Source of the DNA: Leptogorgia sarmentosa
Lineage: Eukaryota
DNA length: 64,000 nt
Reading direction: 5' to 3'
Assembly (NCBI GenBank): GCA_964658305.1
Contig: OZ210885.1
Coordinates: 25,296,001 to 25,360,000, forward strand
The notes beneath the pieces were generated by a model, which ran no database searches, had not been told where the DNA came from, and saw nothing but the letters and a program-made list of their open reading frames with translations. Shown piece by piece: positions 13,033-25,326 of the stretch (the first letter of the stretch is position 1; every line of letters begins with the position of its first letter). A program made the position numbers and the translations under genes.

Positions 13033-13626
13033 AAATTCTTATGAAGTAAAGGCTGTTTCATCAGATGGCTGACAAATTTCGAAAAGTTTGCTGCTTATAA
13101 GTGTTTTGAGTCGGAAACGCGGGCATGGGCGTCAAACTATGACGCGCGAAACCGGACAAAATTAGCTAAACCGAATATATAGATCAATGTTACTATATAT
13201 ATAAAACAATGTTGCATATATGTAAATCAAAATCAAATATATAAAAGTAGCCGCATATATCTAAAACAAGTCACATATATATAAGACAAGTTGCCAATGA
13301 TATAAAAGCAGTTTGGCGTATATATAAAGCACATCGCATATATATAAACAAGTTGCAATTATGTACGGCATGATAACATTTTGCCTAACATTTTACAATA
13401 TATTTAAACAAAATTTTCATACTAAACATGTTACCATATATATTTGAGAAAGGTGACCGTATATAGCACATTTGGCATATAAACATAAAACACAATTGCC
13501 GAATATAAAACGAGTGCCGAATATATATAAAGCGTGGTTACAAAGTACAATACGGTTATATGAAATACTTCCTTGCAAAAAGCGGGTATCAGCAACGCAC
13601 CAGAACGAGGCACGAATGTGGTCAAC

Positions 13627-16600
13627 ATGGCCGACAGGCAAGTGCAAATTTTGAGCAATTTGATTAAAGCTGTTAGCAATGTCGCAGAAAGCGGTGCTGC
13701 ACCGTCCACCTCCCATGGTTTGAATAGCGAGCAAAGTAATACAAGTGTGGAAGAAGCGATTAGGAGATTGTTTCCATCAACCGCTTCAACAAGCCAAACT
13801 GGAAACCTTACTACAGAAAACGGGCCAAGCAGCAGAACCCGAGAGAACCATAATGTGAATGGCAATGCAGTGGGTGAAAATTCCGATCGAAATACTGGCT
13901 TTAATCCAAGCAATGTTTATATACCAAGTGGCAAGAAGAGAGCAAAGTCGTTTTCATCAAAGGCATCCAAAAAGAAAAGTGCTAAAGTTTCGCAAACGGA
14001 AAGAAAGTTGCTAAAGGACGTTATCTTACTGCCAGGGCCGAAAGTCAGCACTGTGCCAAAAGGCGTTGCACGCGAAGATCTGTTTGCACGGGGATTCACG
14101 ACAACCTTTGAACTGTCTCCTTCAATGATCGAGAAAGACATACGAGAAGTCTTAGAGCAAAAATTCCAAGATAAACTGCGCAACATTCCGGCGCCAAAGT
14201 TTACCTTCGTCCGGGCAGTGAGCAACAAAATCGTTGTTCCTGATGTGTCCACAGCAGGATCATCATCTGGTGAAAGCTTTGATGGACGAATGCTCAAGCA
14301 TTTTTCTGGACAAGGTCCGATATATATAAGAGCAGTCAAGGACATTAGTTCCGTATTTTTTCGTGGGCAGTGGGCGAAGCATAAAGATGACAACAGTGAC
14401 AGTGATGTCAGCAGTGAGAGTGATGACAGCTTACCTGCAGGTCTAACCGCACCAGGTTAGTTCATCCATAGACTTTTATTATAAAAAATAGATTGTCCCC
14501 TCTAATAATCCTCTATTCAGGTGAAGTTTATTATTAAGCACCTCCCTAATACACCACTCAATCCACCTTTGAAAGGGTGCAAAGAGGGTAAATTATTGGA
14601 AGCTAATTAGACTCCAGTATTAATACCACAGTTTGAATTATTAATCATTACTGACAATAATTACTGAATATGTAAGTTTAAAGCAGTGTGGACCGCCAGT
14701 TCTGACTGGGATATCTGTATAGGGAGTGTGGGGATATGTTAACTGTTCACATATATGATACAAGGATCATGGTTCTGTGCAGCTTCTGGAAAATGTGATA
14801 ATGACTGAAACAAGGGATTGGATATAGGAATGAATTAGGAAGAAGGATGCAATAGAATCACCATGCAACTTACTAAGAGAATTAATTAATTGCTGTGGTT
14901 CAATCAAACAATGTGGTTCAATCTGGTGATGACTAGTTATGACAAGTGGTAGCTATATAGAATAACCTTTGGGGAACATTGGGAGGTGCAGCAGATGTGC
15001 TGCTCTACCATAATTATATGATTGTGTTTGTGATGATTACTGATATAATTTTTTATTACCAGGGCCACATCAAAGACCAATGCAACCTGCCTGCCCAGTC
15101 ATGCCAAATTTGAGTTGCAATCAGCCATCAACTTCTAATGATACAATTGCAGCTTCTAACTCAAGTAGCCAAAGTAACATTTCAAGTACATGTAACAATG
15201 TAGTCACATGTCCTACATGCTGTATGTCTTTTCCTGTTGGGGAGATTGAAAGCCATGCTGATACTTGTGCAGAAGAGAAATTTGGAAGCATTGATGAAAA
15301 TCATTATAATGATCTAATGAATTTCTTTGATGTGGACCTTTATGAGCAGCACATAGACCCCATGGAACCAGCCATTATTGATATTGATTGTGGTGATGAA
15401 GACAACTCCTGCAGTACTGCATCTGATACACAGGCACCTGGCAACCATAAATTGAAAATCAAAGAGGCTATTACCAAGTTGAATCAGCTTGTTCCAGATG
15501 AACGTAGCAGATATCACATCAGAAGAAAAACAATTTTTGATGATTACATCAGTGCAAGGGAACGGTGCAAATGGCTGAAACCAGAGAACAGAATGAATGT
15601 TACATTCATTGGGGAACCAGGCATTGACAGTGGTGGACCAAAGCGAGAGTTTTTAACAGGTACCATCGCAAAATATTTGAATGTTGAATCACTCTCCTTG
15701 ATATTTGAATTAATTTCTACCTTTGCGTCTTTCAATGGTCTAGCAATTTACTTTATAGCCATCGGCCATGCAGGGAAAGAGACTAGCAGATTGCTTTGGC
15801 CACAAAATAGGCTTAAAATTCTGAAAAAAACTTAATAATCCTTAGTCATATATATCTCATCAGGTCGATGTACATAACTACTTGAAGATATCCCTGACAA
15901 TTGTGAAGCCTGGAGCACATTGCTTGAGTGTGTACTATATATATCACTGGAATGGCATTGTGTAGACTGACAATTTATTGCACATGCCTTATTTTTTTAT
16001 CATAATTAATAGATGCACTGAAGCATATTGAAATGAGGCTGTTTAATGGAAAGGGGATGCTTGTGCCAAGTACAGTGGCACTTACATCATCCCACTTCAA
16101 ATATGCTGGAGAACTGATGGCATTATCTGTGGTTCAAGGTGGTCCTTGCCCTAACTTCTTGTCAGAGCAACTTTATGACCTTTTGTCGAAAGGCTTGAAG
16201 GGCATCAAATTGTCCACCGACATGATCGAAGATAATGAAATGCGAAATGTTGCAGAAAAGGTAAATATTTGTGTTGTAATTACCAGTTTATAAAATATTT
16301 CTTTAATTAACAGATAGCTTCTCAGCTGGTAATTCAGGTAGACCATCACAAACCCTAGTGCCCAGCTGCACAACAGTCTACAAGTCTGCCATAATGGTTC
16401 AAGAGCAGGATTGCATGGTTTGCAGAGCTCTGTAGTGATGAATACATACAAAAGAGCTAAATATTTGTTCACTGCTGTACTTACAGATTGAACAAACACA
16501 GACAAACGAAGACTTGACAAATGTGCTGATGGAGGACAGTACACTGTCTGTGCTTTCCTTGGTTGGCTATAGAGGGGTTCCATCCAGAGAGACATTATCC

Positions 16601-17587
16601 TCAAAATATAGCATTGTCAGGTAAGAATTATTTGACATAACCTAAAGCTGTGATTGTCAACCCATGTTTTTCACTCTGTATATTATATATATATATATAT
16701 TTTATTTATGGGATAAAATACTGAGAAGGGAGAAACAAAATTATATATCTGGTCATTATAGAGCCATTACAGTGAAGGCAGTGATTGAGCCGCAACTTGG
16801 CCCATTATCGCAATTAGAAGAAGGTTTAAAGATGTATGGATTTCTCAATGAAGTTAAAACTAGCCCAGATTTATTTCAGCCATTGTTTGTTGCAAATGCT
16901 TCATACATGTTTGATGTTTCCCCCGAGGAATTTTTGATGGATGTGATGGTGACCTACAGTGATAAGCAGCGAGAAAAGCATGCAGAGGAGGATACATTTA
17001 AACACTTTTGTGATGTTGTTGAATACTTATTTCATGCTGGTATGTCTGTGTCTGTGCTATCCAGGGGTTACTGTGTGATATGAGAATCCACAGAAAAAAT
17101 GTGGTTTTGTCTGAGGCAATTATTAAGAAAATGTTAAAATATGCTGGCAATGTTTTATAATATTTATGCTGATATGATAGACTAAAAAAATAAATTCGCC
17201 ATATTAATTTTCGCAATTTAGCTGAGGAGGCTGGGCAAACAAGGGTGGGGTTTGATATTTGCACAATGTGAACACTTTACAGTGAAGTGTGAACAACCAT
17301 ATAATTGATACTTTCTTTGTTACCTGCTAGGGTCTGATGAAGTTAACCTGTCACTCTCAGATTTGCAAAAGTTCATAACTGGTACCTTCACTATTCCACC
17401 ACTGGGGCTTGGATGTCCGATTGAAATATGTTTCTTACATGGGTGCAATGAAGGCTGTCGCTGTAGACCAGTGGTATCCACATGCTCGCTGAGGATAACC
17501 ATACCAGTACATATCAACACTTTTACTCTCATGAAAGAAATGGTAATTTCAGCCATAAAAGAAGGAAGAGGTTTCGGAAATGCTTAA
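13627..17587 (+). CDS. Transposon-borne HECT-domain E3 ubiquitin ligase with UBZ-type Zn finger, 6 exons, 780 aa
   Basis: Exons 13627-14455, 15063-15659, 16013-16260, 16487-16620, 16762-17039 and 17331-17587 are all GT-AG and phase-compatible (2343 nt, no internal stop). Motifs: CPTC-x11-H-x3-C; VTFIGEPGIDSGGPKREF; AGELMALSVVQGG; QLEEGL; KFITG...PPLG; PVVSTC; terminal GFGNA. Confidence 0.88.
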
Positions 17588-17967
17588 AGGATGTGAATGC
17601 ATTGTAGTACATACTGTATTACAGAATATGGATAAATTACCCTATAAGACACTTTAAATTGGTATTCTACAGTATATTGTGTAACTAAAACACGGATCAC
17701 AGTAGTTTCTTAGTTGATTATTGGGTATGTTTGTTAATATTATTTATCCAGTTGAGTAAAGTTGACATTTTATGCACTTTAATATAGATCACCCAAAACA
17801 ATCAGAAAATAAAACCAGAACATGTGTGGCATGACATGCAGCTAAATAATAGCTATATTTGTTAATATTACTATTTATTTTGGCAAATGTTGAGGCTTAT
17901 GCTTTAGTCCAAGTTTATCATAAATACAGGATATAACTAAAATTGTGTATAGCAATTCATTAACAAA

Positions 17968-19812
17968 TTAAGGGTTCTCTCTTCCTGTTATAAGCCTTTC
18001 AATTGCTGTAAGGACTATCAAGTATGCCTGTTCACCATGCTCATTCCTGGGAATGTCAGATGTAGCTAAATCTTGCAATTGTGAAATTTCATCTTCAGTA
18101 AGATCAACATTTATTTCTGGTACAATCACATTATTTCGTGTTTGTATTTCTGGAACTGGACCTTCATCATCAATACCAAAGTTTCTTGCATTCTCGTCAC
18201 TCAAAAGATCCAAAACAGCTCCATGATTGGAGTTTGCATGATTGTAAAACCCCTCTGTCCAAATTTGATAGGGACTCCTGTTCCTCTCTGAAGACAGTGG
18301 ATGGTGATTCCATTGTTGGACAAGATGAAGTAATGCATGATTTATCCGTTGTTTGTAAACCAAATGTAAGGCAAGCAAATGTGCCTCATTTACTGGGTCT
18401 AACAGGTTATGTGATTCAAAGTAGTAAAATAGGTTTTTAAAGTAACGCACAACATAAAGGTTGACATCCTTCCATAATCGTTCAATCCGCTGATTGTGAA
18501 CGGAGAGCCCTGTAATAACTGGATTTCTTAAGACACCATAATGATGTAACATATGGCGTGCAACATGCACATTTTCAGTGCCATGGTCACATCTTATTCT
18601 TCTGGGAAGATGGAATTGCTGAATTGCCTCTTCAAACAGAGAAAGTACAGTATCTGCTCTGTTGTTGTCTGCGCATCTTAGGTAAACAACTGTCCGAGAG
18701 AACCCATCAATTGCACCATGCAGTACAAACCTCCAGCGTATTAACTTATGGTTTCCATCAGCATGCCTATATAAGGATGCAATAGGTTTCTTATAGCTTC
18801 GGCTTTGTACTGGCCCCTTTACCTGTATTCCTTTTTTGCCTATACCTGGCAACATGTCCCTACCCACTCTACGATAAATTGCAGCTGGAGACAGAAAAAC
18901 CTCATATCAACAGTAAGCATGTGACATATGCTTATAGCCTTATTGGCAAACCACTCTTGCTAAGTGTTGTCAATTATGCAATGTGCATACACTTGGATAC
19001 AATGTGGATACCAAGTGTGGTTCTGCAGCAATAATTATCCTGGGTCAGAGGGTCATGTTGGGGGGCATAGCCAAGATTATTTTATGTTCATTGACCACAA
19101 TTAGTACTTACCATAATGCATTAGGGGTGGGTACATTATACGCACGTCGGATGATTGCTGTTCTTCTTCTCATTTCCCGACTTATGGGGTCCACACGACC
19201 AATGGACCTTCTTATGCGATCTCTTTGGACTTTCAGACCTTGTGCTCTTAAGGAACCAATAACCATTCTTTCACCAGACTCTGGAGATAAGTTCAGTATT
19301 CTTCTAACAAAAACATCTAACTCGTCATCTGGGATGGCAGAATAAGCATTTTCATGCCCAATCATCATTCCAAGTTCCTGCCTTCTACGTCTAATAGTCC
19401 TCTCGGACACCCCCAGCATATCTGCAATTTTCTGCCAGGGGAAGTGCAATGAACGCAGACCTTCTAATTGCTCCTTTGGTATAAGAAAACGTGGCCGACC
19501 AACACGGGGTTCATCTCGTTCTTCGTAAGGACGTTGATAAGATTCTTCGCTTTTCTCAATGAAATTATTGAACCGTTCATTGAAATGATTAATGTAACCT
19601 TGTAGATCAGCAATAGTGGTTGCAAATCCACCGCAGGTATCCTCTCCCCAGTCATACACGTGGAGCAACACCACTATTCCATTCACGTATTCTTCTGCCC
19701 TGGAAACCAAAAGTTCTCCGAGTTGTGCATTATCTGAAAACGAATGGCGACGAAGGTCTTGAAACAAATTGATTCCGAGCGATAAAAATTCAATGATAGC
19801 TGTAAAGTCCAT
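17968..19812 (-). CDS. IS3/IS481-like integrase-core DDE transposase, 2 exons, 499 aa
   Basis: Exons 19812-19112 and 18766-17968 (phase-2 GT-AG intron, 1500 nt). HTH WQKIADMLGVSERTIRRR; catalytic motifs WHADGNHK, RCDHGTEN and HNQRIERLW. Confidence 0.92.
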
Positions 19813-20374
19813 CAGTGACTGTGAGTGAGTCTCGAAAACAACATGCGCAAAGCATACGAAGTATCAACTGTGCTTCAACGTGTACTTCCGCAGTTCCGCT
19901 GGCCCACTTGCATGGACCACTGTATCTTTCCAACTTTGTAACCACGCTTTATATATATTCGGCACTCGTTTTATATTCGGCAATTGTGTTTTATGTTTAT
20001 ATGCCAAATGTGCTATATACGGTCACCTTTCTCAAATATATATGGTAACATGTTTAGTATGAAAATTTTGTTTAAATATATTGTAAAATGTTAGACAAAA
20101 TGTTATCATGCCGTACATAATTGCAACTTGTTTATATATATGCGATGTGCTTTATATATACGCCAAACTGCTTTTATATCATTGGCAACTTGTCTTATAT
20201 ATATGTGACTTGTTTTAGATATATGCGGCTACTTTTATATATTTGATTTTGATTTACATATATGCAACATTGTTTTATATATATAGTAACATTGATCTAT
20301 ATATTCGGTTTAGCTAATTTTGTCCGGTTTCGCGCGTCATATCAAACAATGCATGCATTCCTTGATTTCCTTTC

Positions 20375-22520
20375 ATTGTTTAGGTTGTTTACTAGGTATT
20401 TCTTTTAATGATTACATGTCGAAACTATTTCCGATTTTTTTCTTTAGTAAATTTTGTTTGTTTTTATCTTTCAAAATACAGAGCTTTTCTTCTAAACAAA
20501 AATTGCATCTTTTTGTTCCTCCCGAATACGAAATACAATGCTTAATTATAGACCAAGTAATGTCGAAATCTTTGTTTTAAGTCCCCAAATATATTTCGAA
20601 AGTTCTGTTTCGTTTGAGTACCTTTTGTGGTTAAATGATTTAATATGGTTTCTATATCGCTCTTTAAATGTACTTGTCGTCATGCCTATGTAATGTTTTG
20701 TGCTGTTTGTGCAGGTGACAGTGGCCTTGTAAACTATGCCTTTGGTCATGCATTTTCCCTGAAGTGGGCATGTGTTCTTGTCTCTACAAGTGCATAGGTC
20801 TGTGGCCTCGCACTGTGGCTTACTTTTCCTAATCATACGTGTGTTGTGCCTAGAAATTATAGGCTTGACATTGTTCATGCAACTGTAACTGACCTTGACT
20901 GTGTTCCTATTAAAAATCTTGTGTAGCTTGTGGTGAGGTGGAAAATGTATGTCTAATAAGCCCAGGAAATCACATGCGATGTGTGTCTTGACACTCTTGC
21001 TGAAAGGGGGATTAAACCAAATGATGTTGCGTTGCCTATTTCTGCGTGTTTGTGGTGCTTGATTCATGTATTCAAGCTTGTGGTCCAAATTGCTGTGCCT
21101 TAGTGCGTTCTGGTAAGCAGGAGCACTTTCATGGAATGTGTGCTCATCTGATGAGAGTGTCGAAATGCGCTTGTTGATCGATGTGGGTAGTTGTCTTATG
21201 ATGGTGGGTGGTTGGAATGTTTGTTTATGTATAGTGGATCGTCATTAGGCTTTCTATATGGCTTAAAAAAAGTGACATCTAAGAAATTTACTACATGCAA
21301 ATTTGCCTCAGATGTTATTTTTAAACCAAAATTGTCGAAACATTTCACGAGTTCTTTCCTGGTTTTATCTGCCAAACGTGCTGATTTGTTTTTCATGATA
21401 GCCAATCCATCATCTCTGTATAAACCGATGTTTTCTTTGCCAAATTTTTCGCCTAGATCGTTTAGTATGAAAAGGCCTACAAGTTCACAAATTTCAGCTC
21501 CGTCGTAACTACCCATGGTTACGTCAAATAAGCTGTTGCTGTCTTTTTTTATCCAAGGTTTTCCGTATTGAAAAGTAGTGATTTCCTAGCGTGTTTTATT
21601 ATTGAAATGTCATCCTTTGATATGTGAGCCAAATTGGAAGCCCAAGATAATGCTTGGTCCAGTAAATTTTCTGATATCGATGGGTAGAAATCAACTATGT
21701 CAAACGAAATGAAAATGTGCCTATGTTTTTCTTTAATGTTGCCAAACCACTCTATAACGTTTTGGGTGTTTTGCCATTGGTTTCCTCAAATTGGGATTGA
21801 TTTTGTCATTCCAGATTTGCTTTTTTGCGGGATTGATTAGTCGGCATTTTGGGTTGTTTTCGAAATTTTCTTTGTGGTTTTTTAATGAAATAAATGCTTC
21901 ACGTTTTTTCATCTGTTCAATCCGGTCGCCAATTCCTAAATTCTTCGAAATGTGTTTTAGTTCATTGTCGATTTCCGAAATTGTGCCTTCTGATCCGTGT
22001 TTGTATGTTTTTGCGATGTTGTCATGCATGAGCTTGTTATATGCGTCGAGTGATGTTTCATAGATATTTCTAGTTTTGTAAGCAAAAACGAAAATGTTCG
22101 GAGACGAATTAATTCTCTTTAAATCATTTGCCAAAGACTTTTGAAATTGATTTTCTGCGGTTCGAAACTTAATGTTTTCAATTAGGTTAATAACATCATT
22201 CTCAAAAGGTTTCACTTCTAAAATTGTGGGAGGTGTTTTGTTGGAAATTTTGTCTCCTTTTAGGAAAAAATGAGCTTTCCATCTCACGTGTTTCAGTCCA
22301 CTTTCAACTTTTTCAATCAAATTTCTCAAATAAGCATCCTGTGATGGTATAGGAATGTTTTTCAATGAATAGTCGAATCGAAATTGTCTCATGTTTTAAG
22401 GTGAAATGTATATTCCGAAAACGAGAGTGCACAACCGATACGATACGGTATACGATAAAGTTTTGGTTAACGAAATGCCAAAAGAGTGCTCGATACCATA
22501 TAGATAGAGCAAATAGTATA
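20375..22520 (-). mobile_element. Penelope-like retroelement 2, full-length but disrupted ORF (RT + GIY-YIG)
   Basis: Starts MRQFRFDYSLKNIPIP at 22392; contains MGSYDGAEICEL, LYRDDGL, WFNPPF and IVYKA..YIG; several frameshifts. Confidence 0.9.
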
Positions 22521-22528
22521 GTATTTGT

Positions 22529-24007
22529 AGTATTAAAAGACCACAAAGAAAATTTCGAAAACAACCCAAAATGCTGACTAATCAATCCCGCAAAAAGCGA
22601 ATCTGGAAAACTAAGTAAGATCATCCTTGACAAAATCAATCCCAATTTGAGGAAAATTTTGAACCTAAACCAATGGCAAAACACCCAAAACGTTATAGAG
22701 TGGTTTGGCAACATCAAAGAAAAACATAGGCACACTTTCATTTTGTTTGACATAGTTGATTTCTACCCATCGATATCAGAAAATTTACTGGACCAAGCAT
22801 TATCTTGGGCTTCCAATTTGGCTCACATATCAAAGGATGACATTTCAATAATAAAACACGCTAGGAAATCACTACTTTTCAATACGGAAAACCTTGGATA
22901 AAAAAAGACAGCAATAGCTTATTTGACGTAACCATGGGTAGTTACGACGTAACCATGGGTAGTTAAGACGGAGCTGAAATTTGTGAACTTGTAGGCCTTT
23001 TCATACTAAACAATCTAGGGGGGAAATTTGGCAAAGAAAACATCGGTTTATACAGAGATGATGGATTGGCTATCATGAAAAACAAATCAGCACGTTTGGC
23101 AGATAAAACCAGGAAAGAACTCCATAAATGTTTCGACAATTTTGGTTTAAAAATAACAGCTGAGGCAAATTTGCATGTAGCAAATTTCTTAGATGTCACT
23201 TTCGATCTTAACAATGGAAAATTTAAGCCCTATAGAAAGCCTAATGACGATCCACTATACATAAACAAACATTCCAACCACCCACCAAGCATCATAAGAC
23301 AACTACCCACATCGATCAACAAGCGCATTTCGACACTCATCAGATGAGCACACATTCCAGGAAAGTGCTCCTGCTTACCAAAACGCACCAAGGCACAGCA
23401 ATTTCGACCACAAGCTTGAATACATGAATCTAGCACCACAAACACGCAGAAATAGGCAACGCAACATCATTTGGTTTAATCCCCCTTTCAGCAAGAGTGT
23501 CAAGACACACATCGCACATGATTTCCTGGGCTTATTAGACATACATTTTCCACATCACCACAAGCTACACAAGATTTTTAATAGGAACACAGTCAAGGTC
23601 AGTTACAGTTGCATGAACAATGTCAAGTCTATAATTTCTAGGCACAACACACATATGATTAGGAAAAGTAAGCCACAGTGCGAGGCCACAGACCTATGCA
23701 CTTGTAGAGAGGAAGAACACATGCCCACTTCAGGAAAAATGCATGACCAAAGACATAGTTTACAAGGCCACTGTCACCTGCACAAACAGCACAAAACATT
23801 ACATAGGCATGACGGCAAGTACATTTAAAGAGCGATATAGAAACCATATTAAATCATTTAACCACAAAAGGTACTCAAACGAAACAGAACTTTCGAAATA
23901 TATTTGGGGACTTAAAGATAATAACAAAGATTTCGACATTACTTGATCTATGATTAAGCATTGTATTTCGTATACGGGAGGAACAAAAAGATGCAATTTA
24001 TGTATAA
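22529..24007 (+). mobile_element. Inverted partial copy of Penelope-like element 2
   Basis: Reverse-complement match to about 20500-21890, with scattered substitutions and indels. Confidence 0.9.
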
Positions 24008-24690
24008 AAGGCCCTTTGGTGTTGCCCGTCCCCATGTCTGGTTTTGGACCCTCGTTCAGCTTTCCACAACAATTCGCAGCCAGTTTCGGGGTCTTTACTG
24101 AGCACTATATCACCCCATTTCAACTTTCTCGATTCGTCACACACTCGAAAGCCAAAGTACAGGGAAAGAATCCGCCAAACCATCCTCTGGAGAACTTCTG
24201 GGTCTTGTTTCCCGAAACAGACCTAACTCGAAGAACTGGTCTTCCTCTGCAATCGTTAACTCTCTACAAGCTTGTGGTCGATTTCCTTTGGCGTGTTGCT
24301 GTACGAGGTAGTGTTGCTTCGCTGAAAGAACTTCTCGCGATTTCGAAAATTCTTGGTCTTGTAAGATATTTATTGTGGAACTCTTATCGTTTAAATATCT
24401 TTGCAAACTTCTCTGGAAGTCCTTGAGAGAACTTGGTTCATAAACATCGCCATTTTCGTATATTCATGAAAAATTTCGCTGGACATTTAGTTCCTTCCCA
24501 GGTATGCTTTCAATTTCTCTTCTTTCATTTATTGATTCAAGATACTGTTTAAAGCACATTGGCACTAAAATTGCCAATTCCAATATCTTTCAAGCTTACC
24601 TACGGAATACTTAATTTCGTATTTTCGCTTGTCTTAATCATTTAGTTCATGAGAAAATTGTAAAAATGTTCGACGCTTGTCCGCCATTCT
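24008..24690 (-). pseudogene. Crypton/DUF3504-type tyrosine-recombinase fragment
   Basis: FFMNIRK..GDVYEPSSL..FQRSLQRYL, GNRPQAC..LT..EED, LSLYFGFR..DESRKLKWGDI and ERGSKTRHG motifs; frameshifted and truncated at the Penelope junction. Confidence 0.75.
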
Positions 24691-25326
24691 TCGTATGCTA
24701 ATTTTACCATGAATAATTTGAGACGTCATTAGTAGGGTTCGGGCAAAACAACAATTGAAGATATATTGCAGATAATGCGTTCTAAACACAACTGGGTAAA
24801 GAAATTGTACATGCTTCATGAATTATAATGTAAAATAATCATGCGAAGATGTAGTACTACCGAGTGCTAAATGTAAATGGGGTATAATATTCGCTTTCTT
24901 TTATGTCTACAGTTGACTCGAGACAAACATATAGGCTATCAGCTTTCAAAATACTCTCACATGTCCACATTATAATATACGCTTTGTGGAACGTGTAGAA
25001 TTGGGAAGAACGTTGTGCGCAATCACAAAGCAAGTAAATAGGAAAGATTAGCATAGAGTGCGTAATTGTGATATAGCGCGCCTAAGAACCACCAAAATAG
25101 TGATAGGAAAAAGTAACACTCAGTGCGACGATACGAAGGAATGTTGATATAAAACAATCATGTGAAGTTCTAGTACTACGGCCTGCCAATATTTTAACGA
25201 CAGTATAGGTATTGTAAAAATGATAAACGTGCACCAGGTGTCTAAAAAAAGTAGATTACAAATACTATATGGGAGACTGTTCCATAAACGAGTTACCGTG
25301 ACTGAAAAAGAATTTCCACTGTGTGA

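Larger units (their letters stand above)
10519..13050 (+). mobile_element. Penelope-like retroelement 1: 5'-truncated RT + GIY-YIG with an inverted upstream copy of its 3' end
   Basis: From about 11105: VTMGCFDGAETCEL, LYRDDGL, NYLDVTF, WFNPPY, VVYQA..YVG; frameshift near 12150. 10855-11095 is the reverse complement of 12196-12440, and 10519-10847 (minus the MITE) mirrors 12971-13050. Confidence 0.9.
13138..20341. mobile_element. IS3EU-like DNA transposon 1, apparently intact and autonomous (transposase + HECT gene)
   Basis: TATG...CATA ends. 409-bp TIRs at 13138-13546 and 19933-20341 (one mismatch noticed). Perfect 6-bp TSD TCAAAC at 13132-13137 and 20342-20347. Confidence 0.92.

Noticed and set aside
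13051..13070. Minus-strand CTGATGA as a further hammerhead
   Set aside because: No matching GAAA or stems follow; at most a truncated remnant.
13627..17587. Ordinary host G2E3-like gene
   Set aside because: It lies wholly inside TIRs with a TSD, lacks PHD/RING fingers, and the layout recurs in a second element. No gene symbol assigned.
17968..19812. Bacterial IS3/IS481 contamination
   Set aside because: It has a spliceosomal intron, long TIRs and eukaryotic TE flanks.
19815..20062. Short ORFs mirrored at 13417-13913
   Set aside because: They are translations of the TIRs, with no protein motifs.
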